In this document: positions 1 through 11,800 of the stretch, in pieces
Layout: every line of letters begins with the position of its first letter
How positions within the stretch are numbered: the first letter of the stretch is position 1
Assembly: GCA_977030845.1 (NCBI GenBank)
Contig: OZ365112.1
Span: 26,536,001 to 26,600,000 of the forward strand
Source of the DNA: Fimbriosthenelais zetlandica
Lineage: Eukaryota
DNA: 64,000 bases
Direction: 5' to 3'
Position numbers and translations under genes: made by a program
The notes under the pieces: model-generated
What the model was told of the DNA's origin: nothing
Databases searched by the model: none
The model's input: the letters and a program-made list of their open reading frames with translations, nothing else

Positions 1-2645
1 TATTGATCGAAGTCTTTGCAAAGATGGCCAGTGTTCGTGCAGGTTAGGGTACCATGATGGATTGTCCAACGGAACCTGCATATTACGAACCATCAGTGGT
101 GAATGCAGTCAAGATTCAGACTGCTCTGAAGCTGTTACCAATTCGTTTTGTAACCAATCCTCCTGTGCCTGCAAGGATTCATACGAGACAAACTTGGATG
201 GCACTACTTGCGCGGCCAAAAAAGTAGGCTCAAACTGTAGCCAAGAAGAAGACTGCTCCCATATCGTAGATGGGATATGCTCCTCTGAAAGATGTGTCTG
301 CCCCAGTGGTTTTGAAATAGCAAATAACACATATTGCCAAAAAAGTGAGTCTATTTTGCAGAAATCTGGTTACTTTCTCTTGGGTAGCGACTTTCTACTG
401 TGTTTTTTGTAAGAAAGTTTTACGTCATTCCCTCTTGTATAGATTGTCCTGTCTATTTTGATATTGTTTCGTCATTGTCTTTTGGAGTAGAACTAACCTA
501 ACAATTATCTTATGTATATTTAGCAGAAGCTTTTACAACAAGTGGGGAGTTTATGGCAGCACCCATAACTCACAGCATGACAACTCAGAGCGATATCACA
601 TCAACAGTCACTTCCACTATTGGCAAAGACACAGAAATTCCAAGCGAATCATCCCTAACAACATTCACCAACATTGACACAAACACTCCAGACACATCCT
701 TAGGAAATGACATGAATGATAATATGACCACTAGTGAGATATCAGAAGTAACACTCACTCAAAACCCCAATGTTTTTACCAGGGTAACCAACCAACCAAC
801 AATTTCTAGCGCAAATAGCGAACTGAACATCACAACCGAGACTCATATGAAACACGTTGTTAGCACAGCAGAATCCAATGACTCTTTTGGAGTCACTACA
901 AGCCCAGCAGATGAGTCCAATTTCACGACCGTGTTTTGGTTTCATCAAACAAGATTCTCTGAGAATGGTTTATCTTCCTCTGAGCAAACCTCAAGTGATG
1001 AACTGACTACGGAGGAGGGGGTGAATCCCGCTGAGATCTCTACTCCACGCATACCATCTACTCCAGGCCATGGGGAGGCATCTAACAGCAGCCCTTCCAC
1101 TGTAACTATTTTAAGAGATGAGGACCCTTCACCATCACCTTCTGATGAGTACACCAGATCATCAGCAGCTCAGTTTGTCAGCACAGACGCTCCATTCTCA
1201 GGTCATTTTCACTAGGGTGGAAGCATACTATATCTTTAAGCACAGTAACTTTGTCAAGGGGGTGGTGAGCATGCGCTTAATTTAAAACAAAGTTATGGAC
1301 AGACTAGCAGTTTTTTTTACAACACCAGGTGTATAAAAATCTTCGCACTTTCATTTCACTGAACCCAAAGCTTTGACAATAATAACAGGGTTCTGAGCTT
1401 TACAGCAAAACTAAGGCTGTCACTTGTCATAAGGTTATTGGATGTGACTGTCAGAGAGGCAGAACTTATTGGCAATTTGTGTATAGCAAAGGTGAGTTTA
1501 GCTGCAATTAAACCACAACATTATAGCTTCCAGGGCAGGTGTAGCCCATCTCCTAGTGGGATGCACCTGTTGCTGATGAGGTTGAGAACTAGTTATCAAA
1601 ATTTGTTGGGCGTTGGAAATGGGACCAGGAAAAGGCGGGTAGCTCTCATAAATATCAAGTGATGGGCTTGTAATAGGCTAAACTAGTTCCACTGGTAAAG
1701 CCTAGGTGGGGTAGCTGCTTGAGACTTGTTTCTTGAGAGCTGGAAATCCATGAACATTTCACCAAGATGTTTCACCCAGAAACTGGGATCTTTTTTAACA
1801 ACATTTAAGAAAAGAATGTCTTTGTATGTGGTCAGTGTCCATTTCACCAATGTGTTTCAATATTGCATGATTAGTTAGTAACTTGAATCACAAGTACATG
1901 TAATGCACGATTCCTAGTTAAAAACGTAATATTCACGCACGGATATATTATAATACTCAATGTAGAGCACTTGGCACATCAGGCATGTTTTGAAACTTGT
2001 GCACTTCGTGCCCCTGCCACATGGCACCACATACTTCAGCCTTCTTGTCAATGCCAATTAATAAAGACTACTAATTCTAACAAATAAATATTTGTTATTT
2101 TGAGGCCAAGCAGAGATCATTTATGTGTTTCAGGAGAATTGGGAGACCCGTGCCAAACCTACTCAGATTGTACGGCTGTACCATGGGCGGCATGCATGGC
2201 AGAGAACCTCTGTGCATGTCGGCTCGGCTTCCAATTGGAACCGACGGAACAAAAAAGTTGCCTCAGGCGCCATATTGGAAGTTCATGTACTAAACAGGAA
2301 GACTGTAGCTATGCTGTTGTGGCCAGTCATTGTTACAAGCGACAATGTCAGTGTAACACTGGATATCGCGTGGCATCAGACATGCAACAATGTCTCGCAC
2401 GGCGACTTGGTGAAAGATGCAACACAGACAATGATTGCACATATTCAGTGAAAAATAGCATTTGTGTGAAAATGCGTTGTCGTTGTAGGCATGGGTATAA
2501 TCCTGACAGAGTTGACAGATTGTCATGTACAGCATGGTCAGGGCCCAGAGATACCATAATAATAGCTTTTTGTGTCATCGGTATCTGTGGATGCTCGCTA
2601 TTTTTAATTTTTGTTGGTTTCGTGGTCATAACAATTATCATGTGA
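1..2645 (+). CDS. Locus A (5'-partial): EB-like Cys-rich modules, Ser/Thr-rich mucin-like stalk, 3 EB modules and a C-terminal hydrophobic anchor with no cytoplasmic tail
   Basis: Exons <1-344 (frame open from base 2, donor A|GTGAGT), 524-1201 (NAGNAG acceptor at 524/527, S/T/E-rich, weak phase-1 donor CAG|GTCATT) and 2134-2645 (acceptor TTTCAG, three LGxxC-x5-C-x7/8-C-x4-C-x-C-x2-G[YF]-x8/10-C modules, then IIIAFCVIGICGCSLFLIFVGFVVITIIM, TGA). All junctions are phase 1. EB assignment is by cysteine pattern (PF01683-like), not by HMM. Confidence 0.78.
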
Positions 2646-2766
2646 CATCATTTGCTGGGCAATTAGTTAAAAAGGAGTATCTAAACGCTCTAAAAAGATT
2701 CTAATAGTTTTATGTTCAGACTGCAAAGCTGGAAAGGAACCTATAGCAGCTTTACAAATATGGCTA

Positions 2767-2772
2767 AATAAA
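2767..2772 (+). promoter_or_regulatory. Candidate polyadenylation signal for the locus A terminal exon
   Basis: AATAAA about 120 nt after the TGA at 2643-2645. A second AATAAA lies at 2976-2981. Confidence 0.4.
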
Positions 2773-3062
2773 AAGAACCTAACCAAGATATTTCCCCACT
2801 TTTCATGTGATGGGTCCTTAACAGTTATTAAATGAATTGATATCTTGATCATTCTACTTACATTAAAGCTAAATGATTCACAATTACTATAATACTTCAG
2901 CACATTTCAAATAATTATATTTTAATATATAATTATAGTCAATGGTATTTATCAAACCAATTGGGATACCTTCCAAATAAATCATGGAAGTTCTTTTAAA
3001 GATTTAATTGGAACATTAATCTTGACAGATTGATTGTGAATAATTGGCTGTGAACATTTCAG

Positions 3063-6000
3063 GAAGGATCGGGGATGAGACGTGCTTGAGTGACTCTGAC
3101 TGTAGCTCAGCTGTTACTGACAGTTACTGTAACAATGGACGGTGTGATTGTCTCATTGGTTATTACGCCAGCTACTCAAACACTTCTTGCATCAAGAGTA
3201 AGTCATCTAGATAATCCAGAAAGTGAATTCAATGCCATCCATTGAAACAATCCTATGCAAGAAGTTTAGGCAAAGGTTTATGCAAAAGTTTCAATTGCTA
3301 TAATTATCAAATCTAGGGATAGTTGGAGATGAGTGCGACTTCCAAGAAGACTGTAGTTTCAACTTTAGTATGTGCAACAATTCTTCAGCTTGCCAATGTC
3401 AGCTTGGGTATATGGCCATACAGAATAACTCGGAATGTGCCAGAAGTAAGTACCTAAATTAAGAATGATATGATGTGTGTGCATGATGTTACAAGGGGGC
3501 AGGTTTGGTGGGAGGGTATTGGGGAGTTCCAGGGAAGTCTAGACACATAGATTTATGAAGAATCAAGAAAGGAAATTGCACCAAATTTAGTTTTTCCGTG
3601 ACCTAAATATGTCAATTTTCTAAATATGAACAATCAATTTAATTTCAGGAATGTTAGGTGACCCTTGTCAGGAGGATATTGACTGTACTGCCAGTGTTGC
3701 TAATTCCACATGTGATAGAAGCAGCACAACATGTGCTTGTCCTATAGAGTTCATGGATGCTGACAATGGTAGCCGCTGTGACATAAGTGAGCAATAATCT
3801 ATTGGAGAGCACCCTTAATTCATTCTCAATTCTGCCCCAAATAAGATCATAGATGCATATAGCTTATGAGTATTGTAGCATTTAAAAAATACACTTTTCA
3901 TTTTACTCTAGGGCCAACGTTAGCACCTTATATTCCGGACATAGCGGAGGGCCCGCTCTCCTGCTGGTATGGAGATAATATAGAAGCGTTATTTTCCTGT
4001 GATCAAGATCCCAATTCTATATGTGATCAGGGCAGATGTGTCTGCAAAGGAGGTTATGCTCGAGCATCCCCACAAAGCCTTTGTTACAGTAAGTTCAATG
4101 TTGTTAATTGACAGACCTTAGAAATGATATATTTCAAAGAGCGCATCTTTTCAAAATGGGACGCCATTTTATCATTCTAAACTCTTTTTTTTCAGGAGCC
4201 AAAGGTTTCCTTCTCAGAATGACTTTGGTTGCAATTGCTGGAAAATATTTCATGGATCCATTAATATATTCCTCAGATTTTTGGTCAAACTCTACTGACT
4301 ATCTGAACTTTACTCAAAGAATTGAAGTTATGGGGGTAAGAAAACATCTTTTACGACGAGATCATTACATGGCAATAATATGGTTTCATCAGCATGCGAA
4401 TTACATGCAAAGTTCTTCTTTTCATATCAAGCAAAATCAATTAATAATAGCTTAATTCATTGTTAATTATCTTAATGTAATAGTTATACAATCTTAAGCA
4501 TTGTCTCATTTAACAGGTTGATTTCATATTACGGGACATTGTACCCGGCTACCTTGAGGCCCGGGTTCAGCGGCTAGACGAGGGATCTACAGGTCTCGAG
4601 GCAGCTATCATGATCTTTACTTTGTTGCAATCCAACATCACTTTATCAGAGTTAAACTCTACCATAGGTGACAGCTTATACAGGTAATTCCCCACTAATG
4701 TAAGTAGTTTAATTAGTAGATCTTACAGAAGATGTTTAGTAGATTAATAGATTAGAGATTTTAGATAGGTTACTGTGTGAAATTCAAATTTTTTAAATTT
4801 CATTTTAGTTCATCAGGAGAGCTTGGCAAGAGCAGGATCTATACGTCCTTCCCCTTGATCGACGCCATTGTAACGGGTAAATCCGGGCAAAAACTTCACT
4901 TTGAAGTTGATGAAATTGAAAAGATATCTAGAAAAGTTTTCTGAATTTTGGATACTCAATATTATTTTGTTTTTCAAACAGATCTGGATGAATGTGATAT
5001 TAGTATAGAGTTGCCTATCAATGACTGCGCACCGAATGCCAGTTGTTACAATACTGATGGATACTTTGAATGTGTCTGCCATCTGGAATTTAAAGACCAT
5101 TCCGGATCAAATGTATTTGACGGAAGAAACTGTACACGTAAGTCAATCCAGTATCTCTCTTCTCTTCTGGATTTCCATATTGTTTCAATTGTTTTATTTG
5201 GCATCCCGTTACTTGCTTTGTTATGTTCTTTTATTGTTTGTAATATTGTAATTTCTAATTTTATTGCTATTCTAAATATTTTTAGATGAAGACATTTACA
5301 AAAGATTGCTGGAAATTCAGTTGGAAAGAATGAGGTGGGTTGCTCTGCAGCATACACATATATGGTATTGGAACATTCAGAAAGGATTTTCGTGATTTCA
5401 GTATAAATTTTCCAATTTTCTTGCGCTTTTTAGGTGTACAGGTGGTATTTGTGAAACACCATGGGGTCGTAAGTACAACTTTTACGTGATAAGATAACTC
5501 GTCCTGCAATTCTTATATCTAAACTTAACTCTAGTCTTACTGAATCTAAACTTACTGAATTACTTATTGCAGTTGTATCTGGAGTGCTTGCAGTCATTTT
5601 CACACTTTTGTTGGGGCTGATGATCTTGGAGCTTTGCTGGAAAAGAAAGAAAACGTGAGTCAATATTGAACTTCAAATTCTCAATAATTATACATCGGCT
5701 GATGAAGCAAAGTATAGTTCGGTTTACAAAAGTATTTTTTCTTACTTTTGATTCATTGCTAGCCTACCATTTCATCAAAAGCAATTCCCTTTAAGGTATA
5801 TTCGTCGAACTATGCGAGTACCAATATCTCAACTGCTGGCGGACACTGATGTTTCCTTTGAGAACAACATGCCCCGAAAAGTGAGATTAGCGCCCACTCC
5901 AACAGTCCATGTGATAGAGGAATGGCTGCCATGTAAGCCATCACGGACTACCAAACCCACATCAACTCAATCCAGATCAAGACGAAGCAGCTACTACAGT

Positions 6001-6614
6001 GACAACGGTAATCATAAGTACACTGATTCACACACAGTTCAGTGCTAAACCCATCAAATTGATTCTGTACACTCATAATGCTTGAGTCTAAATTCGAGCC
6101 TATTACTTTTTATGAATGGCATTTTTCAGAGACCTCATCGGAAGACGCCTCCAGTTCTGACAGAGATGCCGGTTCATCATCTTGTCAAGATGACTCTTCT
6201 GACACACCATCTGACTCATCCATAGTTAACAGAGTGACTTTGCATTCAGAGCCCCAACCTGGACCTTCTTATATTGAAGGTGAATTCGGCTGTAACCAAC
6301 CAGAAGAGAGAGACAAAGGGCCGCGTGAGAGTCCAGCTAGCCCTATCAAAGATTCTGAGACTTCAAGTCTTGTGGAAAGTGGTCCAGAACAAGGTTCTAG
6401 TCCAGAACTAGGACATGTAAACCATGGACTGAGTTCAGGCGAGGATGCTAGGTCAGATCTGGGACATATAAACCACGGTCTCAGTTCTGATGAGGACGAC
6501 ATCCCTGAGCTGGGACATAATATAAACGATTGGCTGAGTTCAGGCGAAGATGGCAGCGCTGAGCTGGGACATATAAACCATGGTCTCAGTGATTCAGATT
6601 CAAGCTTAGTCTAA
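3063..6614 (+). CDS. Locus B: 4 EB-like modules, SEA-like domain, Ca-binding EGF, TM and a ~235-aa acidic cytoplasmic tail; no 5' end of its own, so probably an alternative 3' half of locus A
   Basis: 13 exons: 3063-3197, 3317-3445, 3649-3786, 3912-4088, 4196-4335, 4517-4683, 4809-4876, 4982-5137, 5286-5334, 5434-5468, 5573-5654, 5796-6007, 6130-6614. All GT-AG, frame closes to TAA. SEA-like: FLLRMTL..SDFWSNSTDYLNFTQRIE..GYLEARVQRLDEGS. EGF_CA: DLDECD..DCAPNASCYNTDGYFECVC. TM: LVSGVLAVIFTLLLGLMILELC followed by WKRKK. Confidence 0.83.
6405..6599 (+). repeat. Coding tandem repeat, 4 x 51-54 bp (17-18 aa), in the locus B cytoplasmic tail
   Basis: Units start at 6405, 6456, 6507 and 6561: ELGHVNHGLSSGEDARS / DLGHINHGLSSDEDDIP / ELGHNINDWLSSGEDGSA / ELGHINHGLSDSD. 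Confidence 0.9.
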
Positions 6615-7415
6615 AATACTTCACGATCACTAAAGACTTTTTACAAGAAAGCATCGTGGAAAACCACCAGATGATCTAACTAAAGATTCTAACTCCGATA
6701 TCAACTGAACTGTTTGCTAAATGAGTTCATGTATGATCTCACTCACTGTTTATGAACTCTCTGTCTGTGATAAAAATTGTAGAACCTATACTTGAAACAT
6801 ACTTTTTTATATTGTTGCCGGGGAATATAATCGTTATAAGTGACGGTGGGACTTAAGGTTTCAGTAAATGATATATAGCTATCTGTGATAATGTTACTCC
6901 TATGATTTCCTATGATGAATTTAATAAAATGTGAATATAAACGACTCTCTTATACTTTGCTGAGCATCTTATATTTTAACATCATAACATATTAACATTT
7001 ATATAGACTAGAGAGGGCATGCTCCCAGACAAAATAAGCCTAACAATTGCTATGATCGCGCGGGATAGAACAAAGCAATAGTGGATTAAAAATGTTGGAT
7101 ACGCGACTAGAAAGCTTATCATGCAAGACTTGTATATGACTCACAGTCTATAAGTCGCATTAGTGGGACCATGGTAAATATTTGAGACTTGGCAGAGCTT
7201 CTAGTTACAGGATTAATACTTCTAATTTCATTCAGCTTATGAATACCTAATTAACGAAAACTACAGCTATAAATTTCACATTAAAGTATAATCTAGATTA
7301 AGACAACATCATAATTTCTTCCTTAATTGTTGAAAATCATTTAAAGCCAGAATATGCAAGTCTAGAAAGGAATTTAAGTAGGCTTTGCATCAAAGTGAAT
7401 AGAGAGTTGTTGGGT

Positions 7416-7424
7416 GGGGCGGGG
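7416..7424 (+). promoter_or_regulatory. GC box, possibly in the gene C promoter
   Basis: GGGGCGGGG in a G-rich patch. Donor-like sites at 7446 (GTAAGT) and 7841 (CAG|GTGAGT) could end non-coding 5' exons. No transcript evidence. Confidence 0.25.
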
Positions 7425-8894
7425 GTCACAGGGAGGAAGGGATAAGTAAGTTACCTTAGGCAGTGACTGGTCAGTGGGAGATCTTCACCACCCAGTCGCC
7501 TTAGCTGGACATTGCTGGCAGGATTCTGGCTACTGACCATTGCCTCACTGGGCAGTCCCCCTCACCACCATTGACCATTGCCAGGGCTTAGTGTTTACAC
7601 CAAGGACACGGTTATGTGGAGTAGGGGGAGGAGTTAGGACACATTAGAAGGCTAAGTTACCTGGATACAGCAGGTATCACTTAGTGGGGATAGAGAACTG
7701 CTCCTACAGTTCTATGGTGGGGAAAACAGGGAGAGGAGCAGAGGGAGTTACTGCACCTTAGAGAGTGGTCAGGGACCAAAGGTGATATATACAATCAACT
7801 TTAAAGGAGAAGGGAGGGGCAACCTTGCTCCATCAAACAGGTGAGTTACAATTTATACTTCTTATACAGTTTCTATTTAATTATAATACAAGCATCCTGT
7901 TCTTTGTTTTCAAAACCTTAATTCAGTACCTCCACAGCCAGGTTATGCGCGTGTATAACTATGAAAGTTCATTCTTATGATTTTATTATACAGATATTTT
8001 AAATTTATTTCTGAGGAATAAATCATACCATCCATTAAAGAATATTTACACTTTACTTCAATGCGACAAGCAAATTTATACAGGTAGCAGTTACTTTTCG
8101 GTTGAGAAATGAACATGTATAAACTTTCATGGACAAAACGTGTGTGTTCATACAAATCAATTAAGCAAGGAGGAGGATTACAACGCTTTTTAAGTCATAC
8201 AGACTGGATTTGAGAGTAAGGATTTAAAGCGCTTGGTGGGATTTCTATTAGGTTATAAACAGAGTGTTAATTGTTTTGGTTTCACTCCATGCATGGGCAG
8301 TAGCAAGTCCCACTACTCTTTATAGTCTAATCTCTAGAGCCTGAAGCTTTATTTATAAGCTACTTTCTCTTGTTAGCCCGTGAGGTAATCACATTGGACG
8401 CCATTTAATTAATGAAAAACAGTAGAATTGAGCCATGAATCAATTGCTATAACGGTAGCATAAAGATTAGAACAACTGCTAAATATCAGCAAAACTGTTG
8501 CAATTTCCAGGCTAAATGAGCATCTGAAAGTTTAGGAAGTAACAGTCGATTGACCTCTGCAGTGACAACCAAGTTCATGTGATAATGTAAGACTTCATAC
8601 TTACTTTATAAATGTTACACGTATGATTATCTTTGCAAACTTTTCGTTGTGTAAATTTGGGTCTGTATCAGTTGTACCTGCGTAATCCATTGGTTCATAT
8701 ATCAACACTTTCATTTGAAATAGACTGGAGTGTATTCAATATACATGTCATAATAGGTTGATTATGGGATTTGTCAACACACTTCATATATTTCTATTTT
8801 AGGCAAACAAGAAGTCTACAAAAGACCATGAGAAGGAGCTCCTGATGATGAAAATCCCCCCATTATCAATAAGATTCAGAACTTGGACGAAAAA

Positions 8895-11800
8895 ATGGCG
8901 AGTCAGAGAAGCAACATTGTGCTAGTAGCAACAGTCCTGCTTGTATCATATGGTAAATAATACTACTCTTGACCTTCTGCAATTAGGCCTATATTACTCT
9001 TTATAATACTACACACTTTCTGAAGTTTTCCACACTTTCTAATATACCTACAGAAAGGGCAAATTCAAAACGTATGTTAGATCTCGCGATCAAATGGACA
9101 GAAACATTCATATTGTGGTCAAAGATTGAAAATATATGTTGTGTGTTTCAATACATTTTGTGTATTCCCATTTCAGCCAGTGCAGCTTGTCCACAAGGAA
9201 AATATGAGTGTTCAAATAGTGTTTGTGTAGATAATGCATATCGGTTGGACGGGAGAAACGACTGTGGGGATAACTCAGACGAAGGTAAAACAATTGAAAT
9301 AAAAAAAACTTCCGTTTGTAACCTTATAAAATGACAATGACAAGTTTGAAAAGGAATCATATCAATTGTACTCATGACATTTTTCAAGAAATGAATCATG
9401 CATACCCCCAAACCGTTTCTAATCTATGATTATATATTTTCCAGTACAAAATCACTGTCAAAAAGTCGCTCATTTCCACTGTAATAGTGGCGATTGTATA
9501 CCAATCGGCTACCGATTAGATGGCGTAGGAGAATGTATGCCAGCCAAAGAGGATGAAGGTAAATATATCTAAAAAATATCAAATTTGATCGGCAAAATTC
9601 CATTCCAAGATCTACTGAACTCATTTAGTAAGATCTGGGTCTCCTGAGGATTGGACCAAGTCTTCTTGGTGTGGATACCTGGTATAATTTTCAAGAATAA
9701 TACTTGTGACGCTTAAAGTTATGAATGTGTAATAACATCAGACTTTGTTTATGACACATCTCTTTGTGATTTGCAGCAAAGTATTTGGGAGACCCTTGTG
9801 ATCACAGGTGGTGTTGTCCCTGTGAGAATTACGTCAACAATTCCCGCTGTGAGAATAACCGATGTCGGTGCTTGCCGGGATATCTAGCTTCTGGGAGGAA
9901 TGACTTGTGCACACTCCGTAAGCAATTTTCACTTTTAATCTTCAGTGAATTTACTCATGTGTGGCGTCCCAACAAAATGACTCAATCTTACAATGAACCT
10001 GTACATATTGTGTTGAATAATTCAATTTGAGCAATTTTGAAGAAATCGTACATATTTTCACAAATTTCTTTGTTTCATTAACTATTTACAATAGACGTGA
10101 ACAGAGATTAAATAATGCACTGTACATTGTTATAATGCAGCATTTCTTTGACATTCTTTTACATTCCCTCAAAACACATGAATCATCCTACAAATTTAAC
10201 ATACTAAAAGCTACCACTCGTCTTCTAAGACACACAAATGTTGTCGATTGTTTCATGTGTGATGTGTTTCCAACATAATTTATGTTGTTCGTCATATTTT
10301 CTTCCAGGTAAAAGTACATGGACTAATCCCTTATCTTTCAGCCACCAGGAAAAGGCATAGTCTCATACCGCCTTGAGATGTTTAAATTTTCAGCTACCAT
10401 CATTGTACTCAAAAGCAAATTTAACATTGTACTGAACTGCATTTATAACATTATTCTTCAATACATTTCTTTTGTACCACTGTACAATCATAGGGGAGGT
10501 TGGAGACTCTTGCAGCACAAACACAGATTGCACAGCAGCAATAAACGACAGTACTTGTACCATTTCTAAATGCACATGCAATGTAGGATTTGGTGTTAGA
10601 AATGGAGACAAGAGATATTGTATCTTCAGTAAGTCCTTCCCACCCACAACTGAATAACATTAAGCACAAAAAAGGCATGCTTAGGATAAGACATAGAATA
10701 GGTTGCACAATGAAAACTGTTGCATTAAGATATAGATGTAGGCCTAGTATTAAGCCAGATGTTTAGTTGGTGTAAGAATTCCTTTTGATTATTTAAGAAA
10801 ACATTTTTCTTATTCTCAAGTTTATTCATGTGTCTAACACTATTCATAAGTCTACCATATATCTCTTACATTTGGGGTTTAGTCAGATTCAGTTGCCTGC
10901 TTTCGTCAAAAGAAAGTGCAAATCATACACGCTAACGCACACTTATTTTTCTAACCAAACTAACTCTATCATAGAAAATAATGTACTTGCTTTATTCTTC
11001 TGCTGTTCATATCTGCTTTACGTTTTTCTGTTTGAACAATTTGAATGAAATTCTTAATCTAATAAACAAATTAATAATACCTTTCAACTCTGAATTGACC
11101 ATCGTTTTTACTCTACTGTCACTTCATTTTTCTATTTTGTGATTTCTTGTGTTGTTTTTAGGTAAAATTGGAGACATTTGCACTACTGATGCAGATTGCT
11201 TTTCGGCTGTTGAGAACAGTAGCTGCTCCAACCGTGTTTGCATCTGTGACCCTGGTTTTAGAGTGGTCATGAACCAAACGTCTTGTTTGCTGAGTGAGTT
11301 CAAATAATAATTCAATTTACTAATACAATCCTACCAGATATTGTCTCTCCGACGTCAATTTTAGTAAGAGAGTACCTTCAAGATAATTCAGAAGCATTAT
11401 AGGAACAATCTAAATAGACTGGGCCATTCAGTGGTCATTCCTGATGTGGGAAGAAGTCTCTGTGAGAAAAACCTCACTTCAGGGGCCATTCCTGATTTGG
11501 GAAGAAGTCTCTGTGAGAAAAACCTCACTTCAGGGGCCATTCCTGATGTGAGAAGAAGTCTCTGTGAGAAAGACCCCACTTCAGTGGCCATTCCTGATTT
11601 GGGAAGAAGTCTCTGTGAGAAAGACCTCACTTCAGGGGCCATTCCTGATGTGAGAAGAGGTCTCTGTGAGAAAGACCTCACTTCAGTGGCCATTCCTGAT
11701 GTGAGAAGAAGTCTCTGTGAGAACGACCTCACTTCAGTGGCCATTCCTGATGTGAGAAAAGACTTCAGGGGCCTATATTATGTTAAACAGATGTATCCTG

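Noticed and set aside
5138-5289. TM-like read-through after the EGF_CA exon, suggesting an alternative anchor
   Set aside because: A consensus donor (C|GTAAGT) precedes it, T-rich introns translate as hydrophobic runs by default, and a true TM exon follows. The same applies to 13367-13485 and 63071-63178.
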